Shown: positions 11,965-22,850 of the stretch, in pieces
How the letters are laid out: each line of letters opens with the position of its first letter
Numbering within the stretch: position 1 is the first letter of the stretch
Source: Lingula anatina
Taxonomy: Eukaryota; Animalia; Brachiopoda
Length of the DNA stretch: 64,000 nucleotides
Direction of reading: 5' to 3'
Assembly: GCA_051362555.1 (NCBI GenBank)
Contig: CM120640.1
Location: 3,596,001 to 3,660,000 of the forward strand
Program-made: the position numbers and the translations under genes
Notes under the pieces: generated by a model
Told to the model about the DNA's origin: nothing
The model's database searches: none
What the model saw: the letters and a program-made list of their open reading frames with translations, nothing else

Positions 11965-12904
11965 ATGAGCGACGAAGCAAATGTCAGCTGGGGTGAAAGT
12001 GATGAAAATGGCATAGAACAGCTAAGACGCAAACTTACGGAACTAAATGGCCAACGCCCAGTATCCATGGATGATGGCTACGGTAGTCAGCGATCATCGA
12101 CAATGTCCGACATTTTAACAGAGGACGTCCTAGCCAGCGTTGGTCAAGGAGAACAGAGCAAGTTCGCAGAACCCGGTGCCGCCAATCCGCGATCTTCAAT
12201 GGGAAGTAGTGGTGGGAGAGCCTCTTCCTCTCCTTTCAGTCGCCAAAATTATGTTACTGTAAATGAGAGCCAAGGCGTTCACGTTGGGGACAAATATAAG
12301 ACCGTTTACGTTTACCAGTACACCTACGGCCCTGGTTCGGTAGTGTACCATCACAAACCCACTTCTACAGGTAACCACCTCGTTAATAGAAAAAAACCGG
12401 GCTTAATGAAACAATTAACTGTGAACTGATTCACAGAAATTTGATAAATCAAATTGCGTACACACATGTTTATTTCTTTACATCACAGAGCTATATGTTT
12501 GATTCCAGATCATAAAATTTTGATCTATTTACTGAAAGTATTCAAACATTTGCTTTCACTTTTCAGAAGAAGAACAAGGTGCCACAGGCGAGGTAAAAAG
12601 AATTTCTGTTAACTTATCATACAAAGAGGACTCTGGTCCCAACGGTGATACATTTTCCCAGGTTCTAAACCAGAAGATTGAGTCCAATTTTCACGTGAAA
12701 AACTGCAGAGTCATAGTAAAGCAGCTGCCTGCCATGTCTTTTGATATAGAAGCGGACGAAGTCACAGCCGCCAAACTGACAAGCGACGTAGGGATGGAAA
12801 AGTTGAGAAATATTATTACTGAGGTGCTGAATGAAATGCCCAACGCTTGTTTCGGGAAGCAACTGGAAGGCCGAAAAATGAAAGTAGAAATAGTTTATGG
12901 ATGA
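11965..12904 (+). CDS. RHIM-like-motif protein, paralog A (247 aa; exons 11965-12370, 12567-12904)
   Basis: The phase-1 intron (ACAG|GTAAC ... TTTTCAG|AA) joins two open frames. Indels relative to paralog B preserve the frame. Motifs: DDGYGS (12070-12087) and VTVNESQGVHVGDKYK (VHVG at 12277-12288). The upstream TTG at 11935 corresponds to the ATG of paralog B. Confidence 0.8.
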
Positions 12905-13335
12905 ATTAATGTTGTTATTTTTTAATATCCAGACAGGCTCAATACAACTGATACAAGCTAGTCCTATTCGGCTCAGGGACAGAATTACTGGCATCGGCAC
13001 ACAGCTTCCCGCTACTATTACTCGGTACTACCCCAGATAAAGCATGTGCGAGAAAAGTGATAGAAACTGTAATTAAAGAGGACGCCACCATAATATGACC
13101 TATATATATTGTATTATATTATAGGCCTATATATATATATGACTGCTTTCTCAAGGCAGAAGTACCATGATAAATTTTATGGTGGATCCAGGACATTAAA
13201 AAGGAGGCTGGCAAATTTTTTTGACGCATTTCGCTCCTTTCATATTAAATTTAAATTTATTCATTTTTGGGAAGTGGTTCAATTTGCAGCATATTGTAAT
13301 AGTTTTATGGGGTAAAAATTAAACTCTGCTCATGT

Positions 13336-13530
13336 TGATTGGGAATGAGTCCGCCATTTTGTTTTGGAAAAACCCTCCTCCTTCACACGCCTATTTTTGG
13401 GCCCTGTTATAAACGGGATTTTCAAAAGGTCAGATTGACGCAGGAAGGTCGGGAAGTTGACCTGTTTACACCAGAATTCACTTATTATCTCTAGACTTTA
13501 TCTTTGACGGGACATTACTTCCTGGTTTGA
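13336..13530. promoter_or_regulatory. Enhancer/promoter-like module downstream of paralog A (CCAAT, YY1, kB-like and ETS-like sites)
   Basis: GATTGG; CCGCCATTTT (13351-13360); GGAAAAACCC, the reverse complement of GGGTTTTTCC (13366-13375); GGGATTTTCA (13415-13424); CAGGAAG, GGGAAGT and ACTTCCTGG. The module is conserved in unit B. Confidence 0.45.
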
Positions 13531-13893
13531 TGTGCTAAATAGGGCATTGTGAAATGCCAAAATTAATACAGAAGTTAATTAGATATCATTTAACAATCAG
13601 TACGCGTCTTCAGATATGAAGAGATTTAATTTATGACTAGCGCGCCAGAAGTTAATAAAGTAAAAGTAATGGTATTGTCTTTGTATTAATTTTCAGCTTA
13701 TAAAGTTGTAATATATTTTATTAAGCTCATTTCTTTTGAATTCATATATCGTAGTTCTTTTATACAGTATACTTTGAAGTAAAACATGCTGTGAAAGGTG
13801 GGGAGTCGTATTGTGTATTTTGGTATTTTGTCAGTGTCAAGTCGTTTATCAGTGTCAAATAAGCTGTAATCTTGTCTATGTATTTACTCTGTC

Positions 13894-13929
<36 letters not shown>

Positions 13930-14692
13930 CAGGAGGTCATTTATCATTGTGACTTTGCCATGTCATGATATAATCGAGATTTACATTATTATATTAATGA
14001 CTACAACATATGTATTTATAATGAAATAAAATGATAATTTCCAACCTTATTTTTTAAACCCAACAACAGTTGCTCCCGAAGGCTCATCAAGTGTACATTT
14101 CTGCTGTATTTCTGCTGCGGTTTCTGTTCTTCCCTTTTTTTACTGTTTACGTTGTTAATTTCTGTAGAATTTGTGTCAAAAACGGTTAATGGGCTTACTA
14201 TCACCCGTATTCGGCTATTTGTATTACAAAAGGAATTTCCTAATAGGTCTAGATTGAATCTAGAAGAACAGGAATTTTTCCAGTTTATAACAGGATCTTA
14301 GTAAGAAAAATCTCCCCCGAAGAGCCTTTTTGGAAGCAGCGCTTCGTAAACGAATTCAGACTTGAGAAACTGTAAAATGAAGGGCGGACCTTTTTAAAAA
14401 GTCGGACAAGAAGCTCAAATCTAGCACACAGAACGCACGCACCGTGTCTAAATAAACATGAGTGTCGCTTTCATAACGTAATTAACCCGTTATGCGAACG
14501 TTAAAATTAAGCAATTAAACCTTCAATTCTCTTTTCACCCACATTCCCCCTGGAATCAAATCAAAGAGAAAAAATCCTGCTCCATGAAGTAGTCGATCTT
14601 TTCATTACTCGGTATGACGTGATCCGTACTTAATGGTGTTGCATTGTCCTTTTCTTCATCAATATGGCCACTGTGCCTTCCCCTCTTTCAAT

Positions 14693-17324
14693 AAGGTCGC
14701 GCGTCAAGGTTATTTTCAGTTGCACCCTGGATTACGCACGCTTGCTCCGCAAGGTGTCGCCTGTGGTGGGGGGGCATCACAGCCCATATGGTTACTGTGG
14801 CGAAGGTGACAGGTACTTCCAAACATTTTTTCATAACTTTCATTTTTCCTTATTCTATTCATGAATTTGATATTTACGGCAATTGAAAATGTGGCACCGG
14901 CAAAAGTGAATCTAGGTGCGTTGACAGGCCGCACAGGTGTCCCCAATTAACCGCCGACAGAGAAGAGACCCCAAACATTAAACAACACAACCTGTAGATA
15001 TTGGAAATTTGGAGAAAGTTAAGCAACTGAGGCTTTATTAGATTTGGACAGAAATCGGGGGTAATGCCCAGTGACATGCCAAACCCCTAAGTTCAAGTCT
15101 TGGCCCTTGACACCTGTAACGCACCCCTTAGTCAAGAATCTGAACAAATCAATGTTGGGCAGGTACAGGGTATACTCTATTTTCTACAGGTGTTTTGTGA
15201 TTTTATCAACTTGATTGTCAAGTGCCAGACCTTTTGTTCTCAGGTACTAGTAGCAAACTTTATCAGATAACAATCTGACACTAACCAAGCTGCACTAACA
15301 GCGCTGTAAACCCAGTTATCAATGCTGTCATCTTTACCTGTATCTTTACCGGTATTATGCCAGTGGTACGTTTGATACATTTGAGTAAGGAAATACGCTT
15401 TTATGCTTACATTCATTTGTAATACGTTAGCATTAACCTGTTAATAAAAACTTGGAAACTTTCAATGTTATTACACAATAACAGTATATAATGATGGGAG
15501 ATGTTATGATTAAATGCTTAGAAGAATAATAAAAACAAATTATGTGAAATATAAAATGAATTGATTTTATTTGGGTTATTTATTTATTTATTTCAAACCA
15601 TTTAATTATCAAACATGAAGCTTATTTTAAGAAACATTCGCAGATATATGAAATATAACCCTGCTGGTACACAGATCTACAGTTCTAAAATGCAAATACC
15701 AAGTACCTTTCACACACCACTCATGAGATGTGAATAATCATATGTATAAAGTAGTAAAAATATCACAAAATGTGTGTAAGCAAGATATTTCTACAAGTAA
15801 CCTCATTAATCAGTCAGGAAACTTCATAATGCGCCCAATAAATGTAGAAATTTGAGCCAGAGAAATTCTACATACAGGCATGACAGATTTACCATATATT
15901 GCCATCAACCCTTAACTGAATGGGCATAGAAAGAACAAAGTGAGTCTCCCTCCCATTAAAAATGAGAAATAAAAATAAATAAATAAATAACAGATACTGT
16001 CATTCTTAATACTGAAAAACAATGGCACCTTGCAGCCTTCACTGCCTCACTATTTGCAGACAATGTTCTAGTCACTGTAACTGTGTACTTTTGATGAGGC
16101 ATAGATGCTAGAATAACTTCTTTGAAGTATATTTTGAAGGTCTCTTTTGTCATAAATCTGCCACGTATAACCTGAATGTACAATACATATTGCGATTCAC
16201 ACCACAGCAGCTTGTCTTAGTAAGGACTCAACCAGTTTGAAAACTTGTGGCATAGCTTCAGGACAAGATCACACCATCGATCCTTGCTGTGATGATGGAT
16301 CTACTAGTACATTATCTATGTCTTGTCCTCCTAGTTTCTCTAATACCATTTCCCCTGATCTATGCTCACATCAATCTCTACAGCTTTACCAACTGCTACA
16401 CAGTTTTTACATCCGAAAGTATAAAGCAAAAATTGTAATAAAGCACTATCAATTTACTTGTTAGATATTGAATCGAGGGCAAGAGAAAAATGCAGAAACC
16501 TCATATCATAATCAAGATAATTGAAAATCAAATATGCATAATCAAATTAATAGCTTTAATTGTACATACTACTGATGATTTAATCTTTTAAACTTCAGCA
16601 TAAATTTCATTTGTTAAAGCATAGACACTTTATTAAAATGTGCTTGAACAAATAATAATAATAATAATAAACAACCTGCACACAAGATGGAACATGGAGG
16701 TCAATTGCCACAAAATAAGTTGATTTGTACTTGGTAGCCTGAGAAATAGTATCAGGTATTAATTTGAGCAGTAAATTGAGTAATAATACCACAGAGTTAA
16801 CAATGACACAAGCATATGGTGTTGTGTAACAAAATTCATGCATTACTTGCTGTGGCAGTGTCCTCTTCAACCTATCGTGCACCGCAGGTTTTGATTTTCA
16901 ATGTCATCAAAAATGTTTATTGTTGTTAGTTTGATTTACGTATCTTCTATTCAAATAATATCGTTTGGAAAATAACTAACTGATTTAATTATGCTTTTGC
17001 AACATGAAATCATCATTAACTTTGCCGGTTCACGTGTATACAGTACCTTGCTATCAGTGCTGCTCTTTTCTCCCTAACTCGTCACTGACAGGCTAACCAC
17101 ATCGTTTCAAAACAACGTTGGTATGCTCCTTTACTTTTGGTGTTGGCAGTTTCGCCCCGGGGACATCGTTTTTGGTTAAAAACAACGTATCGTTTTCACC
17201 CATCTATACATTGCTCCTGTACAAAATGGCCGCTCGCTGCCCCCCCCCCCCCCCCCCCCCAAGGGAAAAATCGTAGCACGTGGGTAGTTACGCAAGACCT
17301 GTGACGTATAACGCGCGCAAGGTT
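14693..17324. mobile_element. Non-autonomous ISL2EU-like DNA transposon, copy 2
   Basis: Identical to copy 1 by eye except for the poly-C run. AT flanks at 14691-14692 and 17325-17326. The empty site is visible in unit B (TTTTCAACTATAGTC, ~24125-24139). Confidence 0.85.
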
Positions 17325-17369
17325 ATTATAGTCTTTAAACCTTGAGTTCACAAAATTGTTTAAGCCTTA

Positions 17370-17920
17370 TGCCCCTATTTCACACAGACCACGAATCCCA
17401 CGAATGGCCATGAATTGACAAATTTCACGATTCGTGGTTGAATCGTAATCGGTTCGTGACGTTCTTAACAGATTCGTATATATTCGTAGTCAGTTCTTGC
17501 ACTTCTTGACCAACAGGAATTGGTGGCAAAAACTTTGATGCCCCTATTTCACACAGACCACGAATCCCACGAATCGCCAGGAGTTGAAAATTTCAGGATT
17601 CGTGGTTGAATCGTAATCAGTTCGTAAAGTTCTTAACAGATTCGTATATAATCGTAGTCAGTTCTTGGAATTCTTGATCAATCGGGAATTCGTGCAAAAA
17701 ATTTGAGCTGTTCAAAGTTTTGGCCACGAACTCCCGATTCCAAAAAATCGTATTGAATTTCTGGACAATATTCGTGCGATTCCAACCGAATCCTACGAAT
17801 ATTCGTGAGCGTGTCGAATTAGACCAGAAAATTGGCAAAATCTCACGAATCCTCACGCATCCTGAAATTTGTCAATTCCTGGTGATTCGTGGGATTCGTG
17901 GTCTGTGTAAAATAGGGGCC
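17370..17920. mobile_element. Tourist/PIF-Harbinger-like MITE with a duplicated left arm
   Basis: TIR GCCCCTATTTCACACAGACCACGAATCCCACGAAT occurs at 17371 and again at 17540, with its reverse complement ending at 17919. TTA TSD at 17367-17369 and 17921-17923. Unit B has a single CCTTA at the empty site (~24171). Confidence 0.85.
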
Positions 17921-18287
17921 TTACGCATAGACATCGGCGGAATAAATAATTAAATTTAATAAGAAACGATAAATTTTAACGAGAAAAAGTTATTATTTGA
18001 AATCAGCGGGCACGTCTCATGAATCTTATATAGTGTTGTTGTTGTCTGCTTTTCCCGCAGTTTTAAGTAGGTCACCAGTGACTTTGCAATGTCAGAGAGA
18101 GCTCCGTCAGTTAAAATCTCTTAAGAGATTTTAACAAAAAACCGTACGTTTAGGAAAAAAACCCTGGATTAACTTTGAATGCAGGAATGGGGTCGTTGGC
18201 CATTGGTAAGTACGGGAAAATTGCCGTTTTTTCCAGGAAAATCCAATTTTTGGCCAAAACGAAGAGTTATTATGACTTTAAGCAGCA

Positions 18288-18365
18288 TTTTAATGGCATC
18301 TGCTGTCTTGCTGATTGCCTCATTTCACAGAAGAAAATGGCGGGGTGTTTCGTATCGCTTTTGCT
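18288..18365. repeat. Short inverted copy of 24868-24937
   Basis: TTTTAATGGCATCTGC...ATTGCCTCATTTCACAGAAGAAAATGGCGGGGTGTTTCGTATCG is the reverse complement of CGATACAAAACACCCCGCCATTTTCTTGTGTGAAATGAGGCAATGCAGATGCCATTAAAA, allowing a small indel. Confidence 0.8.
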
Positions 18366-18646
18366 GTATACAAAACATCCATCGAACAACATGTACAATA
18401 TATATGAGTGCTCCTAAAAGATGTTAAAAATATAAATAAGTCACCTATAACTTCAATTTGACAATATTTCCTTGTACCAGCTAACAGCCTCTTTAATACT
18501 TCTCAGGATAAGAAATTATTTTATTATCTCCTACTTCTTACCAACCATTCACTGGCCAATCTCATATTTTAAACCTACCCCCCCCCCCCCCCCCCCCCGA
18601 ACTTCCAATGCAAGCTAAATAAACAACCCATACACTTGTAATCATG

Positions 18647-18935
18647 GAGGGCATTCAAACAGATGATCCTTGGAACTACTGGTCCGTGGATCAAATATAG
18701 CAGACCCTACATTAAAAAAACGCCGACAATCAGCTGATGGTCTCCCCACTTCCGCACGCACCATTAAACGGATTTAATCTCGGCTCTGAGGTTTAATCGC
18801 TAGACCCCTGCAAGGACAGCGCATTCAGAGGTGGGGAGACCATTAGTGAATTAGTCAGCTCTTCTTTCATGTAGGGATGGCCATATTTGATCCGCGGATC
18901 ACAAGATCCAAGGATCGTCTGTTGTGAATGCCCTC
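18647..18935. mobile_element. Palindromic MITE
   Basis: TIRs GAGGGCATTCA / TGAATGCCCTC with long complementary arms. Absent from the paralogous position at ~27445. Confidence 0.8.
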
Positions 18936-19901
18936 ATGGTCTTAATACAGTGCTGGACCCTTCATACACGTATCATGGGTACAACATACAGCACCTCTTA
19001 TCACATGAACTGAGCTATCTATTTATATTGCAACTTCCTCCACCTTGATCAAAATACATGAACGTTGTCACTGATTTAGAGAAAAAAATTAAACATTCGA
19101 TAATAATTTCATACAAGATCAAGAAATGCTTATAAAATATTCTTAAACCAGCCAAGACCAGCCATAATTCTTCGAATAAAATCTTTGTGTCATCTTGTCT
19201 GAGCAATTCAAAGAATGAAATTTCTTACAATATGTCATATAAATTTCTAAATATTAAGAAAAAAACTTTGAATTAATTTGGAAACTGAGGCTCCTTGTAC
19301 ATGGAGGGAGTCTGGTCTCCATTAGATTCATACAGATCAAGGTAAGGCTGATGTAAGTGGGTCAATGTATAGAACAGGGCTTGCCTGTACAAAGTACGGG
19401 CAATAATGACGTCACACATTTGAAAAAAAAAAAGATATGTTCTAACTAGTAGGGTGGAAGTCGTAAGACTATTGATTGTGTTACGTTGACGGAGTGCAGC
19501 TGCAGCATTGTATATTTACACTATTGTGTTGAATTATTAACAAATCTTGTCTGATTTAATTTTTATTATATATTTCAATTTTTTTCAATATACTAGGTTC
19601 CTTTCATAAGAATGAATGGAAAAAATTCTGTATCTACAGTTAAACCCTGTCTTATTATAGAGTGCCTACACTGAAGAGAAAAATCAACAATGTTTACATT
19701 CATAATTTTTTTAATCATTATATTTTAACAAGAATCTTTTCATTAAAATATCCACATGAATGGAGTGTCTTTGACATACTTTTTATGCCATGCTTTTATA
19801 TAATTATAATACTTTTATATAATTAATTACTGGAACCCCTTTACGGGGCAGGACAAAACTGTTTTGAACAAACAGTATCTATGCTCATCACCCTTATTAA
19901 G

Positions 19902-20192
19902 TCATTCAAAATCATTTTCTGAATAATCGCTTGACGATTTAATAGAACTGTTATCAATTTCTGCTGGCTGTGCCTTCTTCCATTCAGATAGAAAGGCAGC
20001 CTGTTTTACCTTTGCTACTTTATTTAACACTGCAGTCATATAAAGTGGTGCTTCCAACTTCTCAATATACAGTGTAGCCTTTTTAACTTCAGGAAGTACA
20101 TATTCACTATCATATCCTTGTTGGACTATGTCTTTAAGAGGCTCTACGACTACGTGAAATCTCAGTTTTGTATGTAATGCTTCTCTGATCAT
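19902..20192 (-). CDS. Unidentified 96-aa ORF, divergent from paralog B; may be a decayed gene or TE fragment
   Basis: ATG-started ORF with protein-like composition. Its counterpart in unit A is frameshifted and no good splice acceptor was found. Confidence 0.25.
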   Translation of the reverse strand: MIREALHTKLRFHVVVEPLKDIVQQGYDSEYVLPEVKKATLYIEKLEAPLYMTAVLNKVAKVKQAAFLSEWKKAQPAEIDNSSIKSSSDYSENDFE

Positions 20193-20283
20193 ATTTGTTG
20201 TACTTATTATTGCCTCAGTTGCCTTAGTTGTCTAAGTCCATCTACTAGCCAGTCAAAAGATCACAAATTTCTTTCACCTGTTT

Positions 20284-20323
<40 letters not shown>

Positions 20324-21180
20324 ATCAGCTTTAGTTTGCCTGATATATTTTCTATATAAGTCACGATCAACTCTGTTTAATTAAAGCTGGCAACACGCAG
20401 TACTTGGATTTCAAATGATGCATCTTTTGCTTGAAATATTCTGTAAAAAGAAATCGTTAATGCAAGTAGCAATTTATTTCCAGTAACAAATTAGGATTAT
20501 AATTTTTATTGAGGGGGGACCCGAATTTTTCAATCGATACGGAAGTGGGTCCCGAAAAATATAAATGCTATCAGAGGGGAGTCTCGAATTTTTTGTCATA
20601 CGGGCATTTTTCCTCCACCCCACCCCCTCCGAATTAAATAATGACCGGTGCCTAAATGACTGAGTGTAAAAGAAAGCTGGAAACAACTTTTCGATTAGGC
20701 AAAAAACTAGCCTATTTTGGGTTATCCATTAAGATTAATTAATTGGATTAATTGGATGTGCGTAAAGTGATACCCAAGACCAGAAATAATTGCATAACCT
20801 TTCTACGCAAAAAAAAAAGGGGGGGGGGGCTAAAATTCCCCCCGTCACCAGCCAATAATAATCACGTCTGCTTGTAATAAAAGGGAGAAGCCATTCGTTC
20901 GAGCGAACAATATTTTTGCTGATAAATTGCCATGTTCACTCACTACTGCACTTTCCTGAATAGGTAGCTGACACATCGCTATCTGTGAGCTCGGGTGTTG
21001 TCACGTTGCACGCTATCTATAGCTAACTGTTGATAAACAGTAACTGTGACAGTGTCGATTACAGATAGCAGGAAGTTTTAGATGGGATAAATACTTTCAC
21101 ATTCCTTCTTCCAAGTCAGAATCGAACTTAACACTTGTTGAGCTGTCTACATTTAATTTTCGGTTTTTGAAAGGAATAAG

Positions 21181-22228
21181 ATGAATAAGGAAACGCCCTT
21201 AAATATTAAAGTGAGCGACGAAGATAATGTCAGCGAGGATGAAAGTGATGAAAATGGCGATGAATTCAAACAAGGTATAGAACAGCTGAGACGCAAACTT
21301 AAAAATACAGAAGTAAAGGCTCAACGCCCAGTATCCAAGGATGATGGCTACGGTAGTCAGCGTTCATCGACAAGGTCCGACGTCTCGTCTTGTCGGCTAT
21401 CTGCACTCGAAGCAGACATCTTAACAGAGGACGTCCTAGCCAGCGTTGGTCAAGGAAAACAGAGCAAGACCGCGGAACCTGGTGCTAATTCGCTGTCTTC
21501 TATGGGAAGTAGTGTTGGGAGAGCTTCGTCCTCTCCGAATTTCAGTCGCCAAAGTAATTTCACCGCCACTGTAAAGGAGAGCCAAGGCGTTCACGTTGGG
21601 GACAAATTTAAGACCGTTAACGTTCACCACCACACCTACGGCCCTGGCTCGGTAGTGCACATTCACCAACAAACTTCTACATGTACAGGTAACGATGTCG
21701 TTAAATAGAAAAAAACGGCCTTAATGAAATAATAAACAATAAACTTTTAAATGATTCACGGAAATGTGAATAATCAAATTGCTCACATCTATTTATTTGT
21801 TTACATCACTATGCTATATTGTTTGATTCCAGATTATAAAATATTGATACTCGTCTATTTACTTAAAGTATTCAAACATATGCTTTCACTTTTCAGAAGA
21901 AGAACAAGGTGCCACAGGCAAGGTGAAAAGAATTTCTGTGAAATTATTAAACAAAGAGGACTCAGGTCCCAACGGTGATACATTTTCCCAGGTTCTAAAC
22001 CAGAAGATTGAGTCCAATTTTCACGTGAAAAACTGCAGAGTCATAGTAAAGCAGCTGCCTGCCATGTCTTTTGATATAGAAGCGGACGACGTCACAGCCG
22101 CCAAACTGACAAGCGACGTGGGGATGGAAAAGTTGAGAAATATTATCACTGAGATGCTGAATGACAACGCTTGTTTCGGGACGCAACTGGAAGGCCGAGA
22201 AATAAAAGTAGAAATAGTTTATGGATGA
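21181..22228 (+). CDS. RHIM-like-motif protein, paralog B (279 aa; exons 21181-21688, 21897-22228)
   Basis: ATG at 21181 and the same phase-1 intron as paralog A. DDGYGS at 21340-21357; ATVKESQGVHVGDKFKTVNVHHH (VHVG at 21589-21600). The C-terminal ~100-aa alpha/beta domain is nearly identical to that of A. Confidence 0.85.
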
Positions 22229-22639
22229 ATTAATGTTGTTAGTTTTTATCCAGACAGGCTCAATACAACTGACACAAGCTAGTCCTATTAGGCTCAGGGA
22301 CAGAATTACTGGCATCGACACACAGCTTCCCGCTTCTGTTACTCGGTACTACCCCAGATGAAGCATGTGCGAGAAAAGTGATAGAAACTGTAATTAAAGA
22401 GGACGCCACCATAATATGACCTATGTATATAGTATAATATTATATATCGGAGTACTTAAAGGAGAAGTACGATAATAAAGTTTATGGAGGATCCAGGACA
22501 TTAAAAAGGAGGCTGGCAAATTCTTTTGACACCTTCCGCTTCTTTGCTATAGATTTTAATTTATTCATTTTTGGAAAGTGGATCTATTTGCAGCATATTG
22601 TAATAGTTTTATGGGGTAAAGATCTAACTCTGCTCATGT

Positions 22640-22850
22640 TGATTGGGACTGAGTCCGCCATTTTGTTTTGGAAAAACCTCCCCACCCACTCGCCAATGTT
22701 TGAGGCCTGTTACAAACGGGACTTTCCAACGTTCAGGTTGAAGCAGGAAGGTCGGGAAGTTGACCTGCTTACACCAGGATTTACTTATTATCTCTAGACT
22801 TTTCCCCTGACGGGACAATAAGGGGGAACTTACTACACTATACTTCCTGG
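22640..22850. promoter_or_regulatory. Enhancer/promoter-like module downstream of paralog B with a canonical kB site
   Basis: GGGACTTTCC at 22718-22727, CCGCCATTTT at 22655-22664, GATTGG, CAGGAAG and ACTTCCTGG. Confidence 0.5.

Larger units (their letters stand above)
8137..19217. repeat. Tandem segmental duplication, unit A (expanded by LINE, ISL2EU-like and MITE insertions)
   Basis: Collinear similarity with unit B: 8137-8378+10283 onward matches 19218 onward, gene A matches gene B, 17325-18015 matches 24130-24290, and 18366-19221 matches 27226-27791. Confidence 0.9.

Noticed and set aside
12665-13000. Conserved antisense ORFs over exon 2 (also 21995-22321)
   Set aside because: They start at non-ATG codons and are best explained as shadows of the conserved plus-strand coding sequence in a recent duplicate.
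2899-17324. The two 2.6-kb copies as LTRs of one large retroelement, or as an assembly duplication
   Set aside because: There are no TG..CA ends or gag/pol between them. Each copy has its own AT flanks and unrelated neighbours, and an empty site exists for copy 2.
22226-22282. Selenocysteine or readthrough at the TGA ending both paralogs
   Set aside because: In-frame readthrough gives 17 more residues in B but hits TAA after 6 in A. No SECIS-like hairpin was recognised by eye.
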